Positions 9,733 through 19,835 of a stretch of DNA of 64,000 nucleotides are shown here, in pieces. The translations under genes were made by a program, and so were the position numbers. The notes beneath the pieces are model-generated. The model worked only from the letters and a program-made list of their open reading frames with translations, was not told the DNA's origin and searched no databases. Numbering within the stretch: the stretch's first letter is position 1; each line of letters starts with the position of its first letter. Source of the stretch: Candidatus Poribacteria bacterium (lineage in GTDB: Bacteria; Poribacteria; WGA-4E; WGA-3G); contig CBDBFU010000012.1 of assembly GCA_965205025.1 (NCBI GenBank), positions 32,001 through 96,000 on the forward strand, in the 5' to 3' direction.

Positions 9733-11028
9733 GTGAATTCACGTTTGGATGACCTACATTTAGCTACAAGATTAGTTCTTTTGGGAATACTGTTGATATT
9801 AAATGCTCTATTTTCTGCTGCTGAAGCATTGCTTGCTCGGTTGACACGTACTGATATTTTGGAATTTGCTGAGGAAGGTGGCAAAAGGTACGAGGTGTTA
9901 ACATCTCTATTGCGGTACCCCCGTCGATATTCATTAACTATTATCACAGCAAAAACCTTATTGATAGTTGCCAGTGTCTTGCTGATAATACAGTTTCCAT
10001 TACACCCATTAATAGAAGTTGGTATTGCTGCTTTCCTACTAGTAGTTTTTACTGAGTTATTCCCTAAAAACTACGTCCAAGGGAGTCCAAGTGGGGCTAC
10101 TATTCGAGCATTGCGTGCTTTACGTGTCGTATATTGGGGTGGATTTTTGATACTAACCCCATTAAATTACATTGTTAATATACTTGTGCGTATTTTTGGA
10201 GGAAAAAGTGCTTCAGCACATGATAGTCTTGTATCACCAGAAGTATTAGAGACACTGGATAACGTTGCAGATAGTCAAAATATATTAGAACCCGATGACC
10301 GTGAAATGATTTCAAGGATATTGGATTTACCTGACAAAGTCGCCCGTGAAATCATGGTTGCTCGAACGGATATGGTTTGTCTTGATCTTTCAACTCCTGA
10401 AGAGGAAGTATTACAGACTACTATTGCATGTCGACATACACGTATACCTATATATGAAGAAACTATTGATCAGATCGTCGGGATACTACATGTCAAAGAT
10501 ATGTTGGATTGTTGGGCAGAGGATAAACCAGTAAACCTGCATCATCTTATAGTAGATCGACAACCATTTTTTACACCAGAAAGTAAAAAGATCTCTGAGT
10601 TGTTTAGAGAATTACGCGAACATAAACAACACATTGCAATTGTCGTTGATGAATATGGGGGTACGGCTGGAATCATAACTCTTGAGAATATTATTGAAGA
10701 GATTGTCGGAGAAATACAAGATGAAGATGAAGTAGACGAACAAGAGGAATATATACAAATTAGTTCAGATGTTTACTCTGTTGACGCAAGATTAAACCTT
10801 GTTGAATTGAATGAAAAGCTTGAGACCGAACTTGAAGCAGAAAATATAGATACAATTGGTGGATTTCTTGTTGACCACTTCGGAAGAGTTCCTGACCAGG
10901 ATGAAGTATTTACATATAGAGGAATTAACTTTACCATATTAGAGTCCGATGAACGAAGAATTCAAAGAATACAAATTCAGATGCCTAAAACAACATCTGT
11001 TTCTGATGATATTGAGGATAAGACTTGA
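9733..11028 (+). CDS. HlyC/CorC family (CNNM-CBS-CorC) membrane protein
   Basis: FSAAE, ELFPK, VVDEYGGTAG, CBS pair. Confidence 0.9.
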   Translation: MNSRLDDLHLATRLVLLGILLILNALFSAAEALLARLTRTDILEFAEEGGKRYEVLTSLLRYPRRYSLTIITAKTLLIVASVLLIIQFPLHPLIEVGIAAFLLVVFTELFPKNYVQGSPSGATIRALRALRVVYWGGFLILTPLNYIVNILVRIFGGKSASAHDSLVSPEVLETLDNVADSQNILEPDDREMISRILDLPDKVAREIMVARTDMVCLDLSTPEEEVLQTTIACRHTRIPIYEETIDQIVGILHVKDMLDCWAEDKPVNLHHLIVDRQPFFTPESKKISELFRELREHKQHIAIVVDEYGGTAGIITLENIIEEIVGEIQDEDEVDEQEEYIQISSDVYSVDARLNLVELNEKLETELEAENIDTIGGFLVDHFGRVPDQDEVFTYRGINFTILESDERRIQRIQIQMPKTTSVSDDIEDKT

Positions 11029-11054
11029 CATCTCTGTATAAAGAGATGTATAAT
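11025..11054 (+). promoter_or_regulatory. Sigma70-type promoter for tRNA-Pro/recO
   Basis: TTGACA-18bp-TATAAT ending 11 bp before the tRNA. Confidence 0.75.
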
Positions 11055-11065
11055 TTACACGATTA

Positions 11066-11140
<75 letters not shown>

Positions 11141-11194
11141 TAAAATCCTTCCTAAATAATAGTGTGTTAATAAAGTTCTACACACATTAGAAAC

Positions 11195-11989
11195 ATGCTT
11201 GTTCATAAAACACCTGCAGTTGTAATTCGCACCTATCCATTTCAAGATTCCCATAAAATAATCACTTTCTATACACCCGAATATGGAAAAGTTAAAGTCG
11301 TTGCTTACGGTGTAAAAAGTCCTAAGAGCAAACTTAGTGGTAGTTTAGAACTACTTAACCACGGAATGCTCCTTTTTAATTATAAAGAAAATAGGGATCT
11401 TCAAAGTCTCACTGGTTTTGATTTAATTGAAGGTTTTGATGGAATTCGTTCCGATTTTACACGGATCACATACGGATGCTATTTTGCTGAGTTAGTTGAT
11501 GCAATTACGATTGAAGGGGATGCAAATCCTGATATCTTTAATTTATTGATATATACATATCAATTCTTATCCGAAATTGATGATGTGCCATTGCTGGCAA
11601 GAGTTTTTGAAATAAAGTTTTTGGAACTTGCTGGTTTTTCTCCACAACTTACTCAATGTGCCAATTGTAGTTCAGAGGTGACTGCATTCCTACCTAAAAA
11701 ATTGAAATCAAATTATTCTGGATCACCAGAAATTGTATTTAGTGTTGGACACGGAGGCGTTCTATGCATTGAATGTCATCATAGGGATACCAATGCTTTC
11801 TCAATTGCTCCTGGAAGTTGTGAACTTTTAAAGACATTAAGATCATCTGACCTAACTATGCTAAATCGGATTCGTGCTTCATCTCGTAATCATCGTGAAT
11901 TGAAATTATTACTTAGTAGTTTTATTCAATACCATACTGAACGAAATATTAAAAGTCTAAAATTTATTGAAAACGTGTTAGATACATAA
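11195..11989 (+). CDS. recO: DNA repair protein RecO
   Basis: OB-fold N-terminus, two CxxC zinc motifs, GGVLC. Confidence 0.9.
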   Translation: MLVHKTPAVVIRTYPFQDSHKIITFYTPEYGKVKVVAYGVKSPKSKLSGSLELLNHGMLLFNYKENRDLQSLTGFDLIEGFDGIRSDFTRITYGCYFAELVDAITIEGDANPDIFNLLIYTYQFLSEIDDVPLLARVFEIKFLELAGFSPQLTQCANCSSEVTAFLPKKLKSNYSGSPEIVFSVGHGGVLCIECHHRDTNAFSIAPGSCELLKTLRSSDLTMLNRIRASSRNHRELKLLLSSFIQYHTERNIKSLKFIENVLDT

Positions 11990-12046
11990 GGTTTACCCCC
12001 TTACTATATGTACAGCTGCATGTTATTCAGAGAAAGGAGTTAAATA

Positions 12047-15000
12047 TTGAAAGTTGATAACATTTTCAAAATACTGCTATTATCTCTCATTTTAATTTTT
12101 ACTATTTTTATATTCAATATCCATTATATCAATGCTGCAACAATTGGTAAAATATCTGGCATAATAACTAATGAAGCTAATAATGCACCTATAACCAATG
12201 CTATTGTAACGATTGTTGGTACAAATACTACCGCCACAACAAATGAATCTGGATATTATGTAATGACGAATATCCCACCCGGTGGGTATGATGTCAAAGT
12301 TGAAATTACTGGATACCGGACCAAGACTGTTAAAGCAAATAGAGTTTTTGCAGGTCTAACTACCACAATAAACTTTACATTAGAAGCTACAGAAGTTGCT
12401 GAGTTAGAAGGTGTAATAGTTACTGCAGCTAAACCTCTGATAAAGAAAGATGTAACACAAACAACTCGAATTGTTGAAGCTGATGAAATTGCATCTATGC
12501 CGCGTGATACCGTAAACGGAATATTACAAACTCAACCGGGTGTGGCTGTGTTAAACTCGTCAGGTTCATTGCATGTTCGAGGTGGTAGATCGATGGAGAT
12601 AAAATACCTTATAGATGGTATACCTGTTAATGATCCCATAGGAAGGGGTTTAGGACTGCAAATTAGTACTAATGCTCTTGAACAGATGGAAGTTATCACA
12701 GGGGGATTTAACGCTGAACATGGTGATGCACAATCAGGTATAATTAATCTAATTACAAAGGTTGGTACACAACATTTTTCTGGTAGATTTAGGTATCGGG
12801 TAGGACAGTGGAATGAACACCATGGTGATCCATTATTTGGTCCGTGGTTGGACCCAGATAACGATTTCCGTCCAGTTGCACTTGAACCCTTTAGAGGTAT
12901 TTTCATTGGAAAACCGTTTGATTATCAGACACCTTATCGTGGAGACGACACTACTGTGGAGGAATTGGCAAACAAAACAGGAGATGAAAAGGTGGAATTC
13001 ACTGAAATCTTTCCCGGTGTCTATGCCGATAGGATAGAGAATCCTCTTCAACCTGTAATAGATCCTGAAACTGGTGAATCTAAGGTTGATGCAGATACTG
13101 GTGAAGTAATTATGATGCCTCAACCCTTCAAAGATTCAGACGGAACAGTCATCGATTATGAGAAGAAACAGGTAACACTACTTGATGGTTATATTGTTGA
13201 CTTAGAGGAATATAGTAACCTGTATAATGATACAAGAAAATATGACTTATCACCAAGTCATATTGGGGAATTTGCACTTAGTGGACCAATATGGGATAAT
13301 CGGTTGACATTTTCATTTGCAAGTCAATTACGTAGGGATACAAGCTATCTACCAAATAATGATGGGTCAGGATATACACTTCAAGGAAAACTGAAATTTG
13401 AGGTAACACCTGAAATCAAAATCACTGGAAGTGGACTCTTTGATAAACGGGAATTCAACAACTATGGTGGTGGTCTTCGGTATTGGCATCAAGCAGTTGA
13501 AGTAGACAATAGAGATGGTAGAAGCCTTTCTGTTCAACTCTCCCATAACTTGTCCTCTGGAACATTCTATACCGTTACATTCGGACAATTCCATCGAAAC
13601 TTCAGTAGTCATCAACCAGGTAAAATTTGGGATCCTCTGAATAAGACTTTTGAGGAAAATGCCTACGACCCAAAGAAATCTTTTGAACAGAATCAATCTG
13701 AAGGACGTATTAGAAATCCTGCTCAACAAGCATATAACGATTCAACCTTCTCCATTGCTGGTGATAATAATTCCTGGACCGATCGTACTTCCACCACATC
13801 ACTTGTTAAAGGGGTTTTCGCAAGTCAAGTGACAGAAAACCATCAAGTACAAACAGGTGTCGAATTCTCAACAAACCATCTTTACAATCTCGGTGCAACA
13901 AACTATGGAAGTTCAAATCTCTATATGGAGTTTTATGATGTTACTCCTACATCCTTTAGTCTATATTCACAAGATAAGATGGAATATGCAGGGATGATTG
14001 TCAATGCAGGTTTAAGGTATGATCTATATAAGCCAGACGGTATTTCTCCTGAAGATCCACTGGATCCTCTTGAACTGAATGACGATGGTACAATCAAACT
14101 GGATAAGAGCGTATATAATGTAGGATTACCTATTATAAAAAACCCTGTTGAGCCAACTACAAAGCATATGGTCGCTCCCAGACTCGGTATTTCCTTCCCA
14201 ATTACGGATCGAGCAAAATTACATTTTACTTATGGACATTACTATCAGATTCCAAGAGGCGATGATCTGTATGAGAATCTAAGCTTTGACATGCGCGGTG
14301 CTATCAGAAGAAGAGGTAATCCTGATATGGATCCAGAAAAGACTATTGCTTATGAAGTCGGTGTAATCCAACAATTTACTGAGGATCTCACTGTTGATAT
14401 TACTGGTTTTACAAAAGATGTGGATAACCTCGTCAGTAGTGTTCATGTTGATATTACGAATGATTATAGTTATTTCATTAACGACATATACGGAAGAGTA
14501 CAAGGTTTTGAACTCTTAATTCGAAAATGGCGTACTGGAAACAGTCCAGTTTCGGGGATGATTAGTTACACTTATTCAGTTGCTAAAGGAAAAGGTTCCA
14601 GTAGAAATTTAGGATACCTTACATATTACCGACAGCAACCTGAAGTAACAGAAAGTCATCCTTTGAATTGGGATCAACGTCATATTGTTTCTGCTGCCTT
14701 AGACATTCAACTACCATTTACTTCTGCTGTGAATCTGGTAGGGAGATATGCCAGCGGTTTACCTTACACCCCGAATCCAAGAGCACCCATTAAACCTGCA
14801 ATCAACTCAAAGCGGTATCCTGCAACATACAACGTTGATGCATTGGTTAGTAAACGAAGTACTATCGGTGGATTTACATATACTTTCTTTGCAGATATTA
14901 GAAACATCTTTAATACAAAGAACTTAGACAATTTACTGGATGCAGTTACCTATGACCGGTATGGTATTCCACTTACCGCACAGAAACATACCAGTCCTAT

Positions 15001-15052
15001 ATCATGGAGTTCACCGCGCTTGATTATGGTGGGTGTGAGTCTGGATTTTTAA
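12047..15052 (+). CDS. TonB-dependent receptor with N-terminal carboxypeptidase-regulatory-like domain
   Basis: VRGGR plug, GGFNAEHG, NAGLRYD, GNPDMDPEKT, C-terminal F. Confidence 0.9.
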   Translation: MKVDNIFKILLLSLILIFTIFIFNIHYINAATIGKISGIITNEANNAPITNAIVTIVGTNTTATTNESGYYVMTNIPPGGYDVKVEITGYRTKTVKANRVFAGLTTTINFTLEATEVAELEGVIVTAAKPLIKKDVTQTTRIVEADEIASMPRDTVNGILQTQPGVAVLNSSGSLHVRGGRSMEIKYLIDGIPVNDPIGRGLGLQISTNALEQMEVITGGFNAEHGDAQSGIINLITKVGTQHFSGRFRYRVGQWNEHHGDPLFGPWLDPDNDFRPVALEPFRGIFIGKPFDYQTPYRGDDTTVEELANKTGDEKVEFTEIFPGVYADRIENPLQPVIDPETGESKVDADTGEVIMMPQPFKDSDGTVIDYEKKQVTLLDGYIVDLEEYSNLYNDTRKYDLSPSHIGEFALSGPIWDNRLTFSFASQLRRDTSYLPNNDGSGYTLQGKLKFEVTPEIKITGSGLFDKREFNNYGGGLRYWHQAVEVDNRDGRSLSVQLSHNLSSGTFYTVTFGQFHRNFSSHQPGKIWDPLNKTFEENAYDPKKSFEQNQSEGRIRNPAQQAYNDSTFSIAGDNNSWTDRTSTTSLVKGVFASQVTENHQVQTGVEFSTNHLYNLGATNYGSSNLYMEFYDVTPTSFSLYSQDKMEYAGMIVNAGLRYDLYKPDGISPEDPLDPLELNDDGTIKLDKSVYNVGLPIIKNPVEPTTKHMVAPRLGISFPITDRAKLHFTYGHYYQIPRGDDLYENLSFDMRGAIRRRGNPDMDPEKTIAYEVGVIQQFTEDLTVDITGFTKDVDNLVSSVHVDITNDYSYFINDIYGRVQGFELLIRKWRTGNSPVSGMISYTYSVAKGKGSSRNLGYLTYYRQQPEVTESHPLNWDQRHIVSAALDIQLPFTSAVNLVGRYASGLPYTPNPRAPIKPAINSKRYPATYNVDALVSKRSTIGGFTYTFFADIRNIFNTKNLDNLLDAVTYDRYGIPLTAQKHTSPISWSSPRLIMVGVSLDF

Positions 15053-15193
15053 CTCAATCATTGGTGCATATTAGATACTCCTTTAACAGAATATCTATTT
15101 ATGAATCATAAGGTTATCATGGATGTAAATACCCTTTCTAAATTGAAATTCTAATTTGATAGAATCAAAATATCATTAATACTGGGGATTAAA

Positions 15194-15859
15194 ATGGATG
15201 AAAAATGTATTATAAAGACGGATTTAGAAGCCGTTATTGAAGGTATAAAAAGGTTGGGACCGAAAGTTCGAGGATTTGGATCTGTAGATCCAGCATGGGG
15301 AAGACCACCAGCCGTACTTGTAATAGACTGTGTCCTATCGCTTAATCGAAGATATGATAGTTTTGTTGTTCCTCGAATAGAGAATTTCATGGAAAAACAC
15401 CCTGATATACAGAGTGTTAACGAATTAAGGATTTTAATTGCAAAATATCCTACTCCACATGACTTTATGCATCAAGAACTTAATTATAATTATGAAGAGC
15501 GTGCAAATACACTACTGAAGGTTGTTGATTTTCTATCTCAGATTATTCGAAATGCTTCAAATATGCAAGAAGACGAAGCTCTTAAGCAATGGGCAATAAA
15601 GGCAAAAGTTGAAGAATACCAAGCTCTTAATATAGTAGGTTTTGGTATTGCGGGTTTTCAATATCTTCGTATGTTATTTGGAGCAGATACATCAAAACCT
15701 GATGTACACATAATCAGATTTGTATCAAACCTAATTAATCGTAATGTTTCACCTATTGAAGCACTAAATCTATTGGAAGCATCCTCAGCATACTTAGAAC
15801 TTTCTGTTCGTGATGTTGACACCTTTATTTGGGAGATTAGTGCAAGACCACAGCGATAA
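15194..15859 (+). CDS. HhH-GPD/endonuclease III-like protein
   Basis: GFGIAGFQYLRMLFG...KPDVHIIRF resembles an HhH motif plus catalytic Asp. Confidence 0.55.
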   Translation: MDEKCIIKTDLEAVIEGIKRLGPKVRGFGSVDPAWGRPPAVLVIDCVLSLNRRYDSFVVPRIENFMEKHPDIQSVNELRILIAKYPTPHDFMHQELNYNYEERANTLLKVVDFLSQIIRNASNMQEDEALKQWAIKAKVEEYQALNIVGFGIAGFQYLRMLFGADTSKPDVHIIRFVSNLINRNVSPIEALNLLEASSAYLELSVRDVDTFIWEISARPQR

Positions 15860-16048
15860 GTGGTTGTGGCAAGTATTGATTTCACATCCAAAACAAAATA
15901 TAGAAATTTCTGGACACCAATCCTTGAAGGAAAATATGGACTAATGCTCGAAGGTAAAAATGATAGAGATGATTGGGATGAAATCCGAGAGGAATTGGTT
16001 CCCATGGGAACTGATATTTACAATATAATTGACAAATCTGGTCTATAG
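15860..16048 (+). pseudogene. Internally deleted remnant paralog of 16286-17095
   Basis: Shares FWxPI..G and the C-terminal WDEIRE..MGTDIYN..SGL; 3' flank identical. Confidence 0.7.
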
Positions 16049-16104
16049 AGGAATTAACCATTAGCGTCAATTTTAGGATATAATGCCCTTGCTTTTGGTA
16101 AACT

Positions 16105-16186
16105 GAGTCCCGTAGGGACGAAATGTCTATAGAAAAACGTGTTTGTCCACTATCTTGAGTCCCGTAGGGACGAAATGTCTATAGAA
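16105..16186 (+). repeat. REP-A doublet: two 30-bp direct repeats with 22-nt spacer
   Basis: GAGTCCCGTAGGGACGAAATGTCTATAGAA twice. Confidence 0.9.
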
Positions 16187-16285
16187 TACCTATTGAAGTA
16201 AATTGACTTTTCCGAATGCTAATAATGTAAACTAATCAAATAGAGTTGGTATTATCTATTAACTTCGATTCAAATAAGGACATTA

Positions 16286-17095
16286 ATGAATCTCCAAAAG
16301 AATATACCATTAACAGATATATACACCAACGAAGAAGAATTCTCAGCAGATCTCGCAGAAAATCTGGACGCATTCAAAGTTGGTAATTTTGAAAATCCTA
16401 AGATAGAAGTCAATGTTGATGCTCTTAAAGCAGACATAGTTGCTGAAGGAGAAGATGGAACTTTGGTGGTTGAAAATCAGTTTGGTAAAGCAAATTGGGA
16501 TCACTGGGGTAGACTTGAGGCATATGCGCGGTTTTTAGAGGTGACGGTCGCTGTACTTGTAGCTGAAGATTTTGTAGACCTGATGATTACGACATGTCGT
16601 TTACGTAACAACGAAAGTGAGGTTAATTGGTATCTAATTGAAGTTAAAGCAAATTCACATTGTGAATTGTCTTTTCGACATGTTGCCCGGCCATCAATAG
16701 ATCCAGATGTTGAATATAGTGAGTTTTGGCAGCCAATTCGTGATGGCTTGTTTGGTGAATTATTCACAGGAACTCCAGTTCCTATAAATCAAGAAAGATC
16801 TATAGGGAAGCAATATAAGCGTATACGATTAACTTTAAATCTACTCAATGATAGCTGCTATATCCAACTAAAATTTCGTGGATCTGATAGGGATGAACGA
16901 AGGGAAGATGTAATGAAGTTATTTCAAGAGTCTGAATACGATTATACATATCGTGATTCTGCAAAATTTTCCTCAGTTATATTCACAGTCATTAACAAAG
17001 GTAAAAATCATCAAGAAGATTGGGATGAAATACGAGAAAAATTGGTTACTATGGGAACTGATATTTACAATAAAATTGACGAATCTGGTCTATAG
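16286..17095 (+). CDS. DUF4268-type protein with PD-(D/E)XK-like N-terminus
   Basis: ADIVA...VVENQFG...DH.G....YA pattern. Confidence 0.6.
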   Translation: MNLQKNIPLTDIYTNEEEFSADLAENLDAFKVGNFENPKIEVNVDALKADIVAEGEDGTLVVENQFGKANWDHWGRLEAYARFLEVTVAVLVAEDFVDLMITTCRLRNNESEVNWYLIEVKANSHCELSFRHVARPSIDPDVEYSEFWQPIRDGLFGELFTGTPVPINQERSIGKQYKRIRLTLNLLNDSCYIQLKFRGSDRDERREDVMKLFQESEYDYTYRDSAKFSSVIFTVINKGKNHQEDWDEIREKLVTMGTDIYNKIDESGL

Positions 17096-17131
17096 AGGAA
17101 TTAACCATTAGTACAAATAAAGAAGAAGGAA

Positions 17132-18140
17132 ATGACAATGGACAAAACCTATAACGTTGCAATCATAGGATGTGGTGGGATTTCACATATGCATGCCGGA
17201 TGGTATGTAAATGAACCAAGAACAACTATAGCTGCAATCTCCGATATTGATGAAGAACGATTAAAAGCTTACGGCGAAAGATATGAGGTAGAAAAACAAT
17301 ATACCGATTTTGTCAAAATGCTCGAAACAGAAGATATTGATCTTGTATCAATTTGCACCCGTCCAAAACACCATGCCCCTTTAGTGATAGAAGCAGCAAA
17401 ACATGGTATAAAAGGCATTTTATCCGAAAAACCTATGGCTGAAAACCTTGGACAAGGTAGAGAAATGCTTGATTCCTGCCAACAACACGGTGTGAAACTG
17501 GCAATTGACCATCAAGTTCGATTCAGTGCTCCCTATCAGCATGCACGTCAAATGATTGCTGATGGTGCAATCGGTGACATTTTTCGAATTCATGGTATTT
17601 GTGGTGGAGGTGACCTTAAGGACAACGCTACACATACTGTAGATCTTATGTTGTATGTTTATGGGGATCGTCCTGTCAGTTGGGTAATTGGTCAAATTGA
17701 ACGTATCGGTACTCCAACGAAATATGATTTACATTCTGAAGATTTCGCAGTTGGTTACTTCAAATTTGAAGACAATGCACGCGGGATCATAGAATCTGGT
17801 AATGATACTGCCCCGGGTTATCACCATATCTATTGCTACGGTACAGAAGGTGAAATTGAACTCGCCGCACCGGGTGGACCAGGGATTTCGATACAGAACA
17901 CAGGAAACAGGTGGAGAATGGATGTCTCCTGAACTACCATCGGAAGTCACACCAGTGCATGACATGATTGATGCTATTGAGGAAGACAGAGAACACAGAT
18001 CAAGTGGTTATCAAGGATATGCAACCCTTGAACTACTGATGGCAATATATCAATCCTCTCGAACCAGACGTCGCGTTCAACTACCTATGGAAGAGATGGA
18101 ATCCCCCTTAACATTGATGATTGAAGATGGTTGGGTATAA
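17132..18140 (+). CDS. Gfo/Idh/MocA oxidoreductase, frameshifted near 17886
   Basis: IGCGGI, SEKPMA; removing one T from TTT (17886-17888) joins the two ORFs. Confidence 0.8.
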
Positions 18141-18173
18141 AGAGTATTAATCTAAACAAAGCATAATAGAATT

Positions 18174-18818
18174 ATGGATATAGATCAATTCCTCTCAATT
18201 TTTAAAATCGTTTGTCCAATATTATTCGGTACAATGTCAACTGATTTATTAGTAATTGCACTTAGAGGAATCATTACAAGACGACCTTTCTTAGTCTCAT
18301 ATAGGTGGCTGCTATATTTAAAGTTTGTTTGGTTTATACCATGTATTCTATTATTCTTATTTCTTCCTGTAATATCCTCATTCTTACTCTTATTCAAGTG
18401 GTTAATGCCCGTTGTTTTTACTGTTGGTCTGGTGATTGGTTGTTTTGTGTTAAAAGGTTATTCTGCTTATGGTGTTTCAGACATCACTTTTCGTGAAGCA
18501 TTAATCACTACACTTGATAAACTACAGTTGTCTTATGAAGGAACTCTCTCATCAATACGACTAACATCAATACGACTTACATCTGTTGATGCGGATCTAC
18601 AGGTAGCTGTCGTTTCTTGGCTGGGATCTGGAATGATCAAGATCAAACAACGGGAACATAGAACATTACTAACACAAATTGTATCTGAAATGAATACTTA
18701 CTTCCGTATGTCATCTACACCATCAAACCTTATTCTATGTATAATCGAATTGGTTTTTGGAATCCTGATGTTTAGTGTCGGTGTTGGGTTGACATTCTTA
18801 TTGTTTAAAATACCATAA
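18174..18818 (+). CDS. Hypothetical membrane protein (tandem paralog 1)
   Basis: About 4 hydrophobic segments; highly similar to 19098-19712. Confidence 0.75.
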   Translation: MDIDQFLSIFKIVCPILFGTMSTDLLVIALRGIITRRPFLVSYRWLLYLKFVWFIPCILLFLFLPVISSFLLLFKWLMPVVFTVGLVIGCFVLKGYSAYGVSDITFREALITTLDKLQLSYEGTLSSIRLTSIRLTSVDADLQVAVVSWLGSGMIKIKQREHRTLLTQIVSEMNTYFRMSSTPSNLILCIIELVFGILMFSVGVGLTFLLFKIP

Positions 18819-19097
18819 ATCTATTCTCAATACCTTCACCAATTATCCTGGATTTAGTTCAGGCTGTGTGTGATGAATAGCACCGATAGAACAGAGGAGT
18901 TGTGTGATTTACTCAATAACAATAGGTTCAGGTTTTTATGGATTGAATATTATTGGAAACTATCTTCTGTAGGAGCAATCTCCCGGTCGCGACATGGAGA
19001 TTGACCCTGCCAAATCTCCACAATCAATGCGACAGTATATTTTAGAAATGGTATTACTATTAAATAGTTTTAATCTCAACAAAGCATAATAGGAGTT

Positions 19098-19712
19098 ATG
19101 AATATGGATCCATTCCTCTCAATTTTTAAAATCGTTTATCCAATATTATTCGGTATAATGTCAACTTTTTTCTTAGTAATTGCACTTAGAGGAATCATTA
19201 CAAGACGTCCTTTCTTGATCTCAAGCAGGTGGCTGCTATATTTAATGTTTGTTGTTTTTATACCAACTATACTATTGTTCATATTTCTTCCTGTCACATC
19301 CTCATTCTTACTCAAATGGTTTAACCCTGCGGTTTTTACTGTTATTCTTGTCATGATGTGTATAATGTTAAAAGGTTTTTCTGCTTTTGGTGTTTCAGAC
19401 ATCACTTTTCGTGAAGCATTAATCACAACACTTGATAAACTACAGTTGTCTCATGAAGAAACTCTTTCATCAATTCGACTAACATCAGTTGAAGCGGATC
19501 TACAGGTATCTATCCACTCTTGGATAGGAACTGGAATGATCAAAATCAAACAACGGGAACATAGAACATTACTAACACAGATTGTATTAGAAATGAATAC
19601 TCACTTCCGTATGTCTGCTACACCATCAAACCTTACTCCCTGTATATTATATTTGGTTTTGGGAATTCTTATGTTGGGTGGCGGTGTTGGATTGGTATTC
19701 TTATTGACTTAA
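19098..19712 (+). CDS. Hypothetical membrane protein (tandem paralog 2)
   Basis: AGGAG RBS; paralog of 18174-18818. Confidence 0.75.
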   Translation: MNMDPFLSIFKIVYPILFGIMSTFFLVIALRGIITRRPFLISSRWLLYLMFVVFIPTILLFIFLPVTSSFLLKWFNPAVFTVILVMMCIMLKGFSAFGVSDITFREALITTLDKLQLSHEETLSSIRLTSVEADLQVSIHSWIGTGMIKIKQREHRTLLTQIVLEMNTHFRMSATPSNLTPCILYLVLGILMLGGGVGLVFLLT

Positions 19713-19835
19713 ATTGTATGAATCTATTTTCTATAAGTGTTTAAAAATCAATACTCAATCATTGTAATTCGTATATGAAATATATATGATCATAATTAAC
19801 CTATACCAGAGTACAGTCAAAATTATATAAAAAAT

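Noticed and set aside
12532-14503. Short ORFs nested in long genes, here and throughout the window
   Set aside because: Shadow frames of well-supported genes with no recognisable motifs
15951-17110. Duplicated segment as a DGR template/variable repeat pair
   Set aside because: Mismatches include non-adenine positions, the A-bearing copy is the intact gene, and no reverse transcriptase is present
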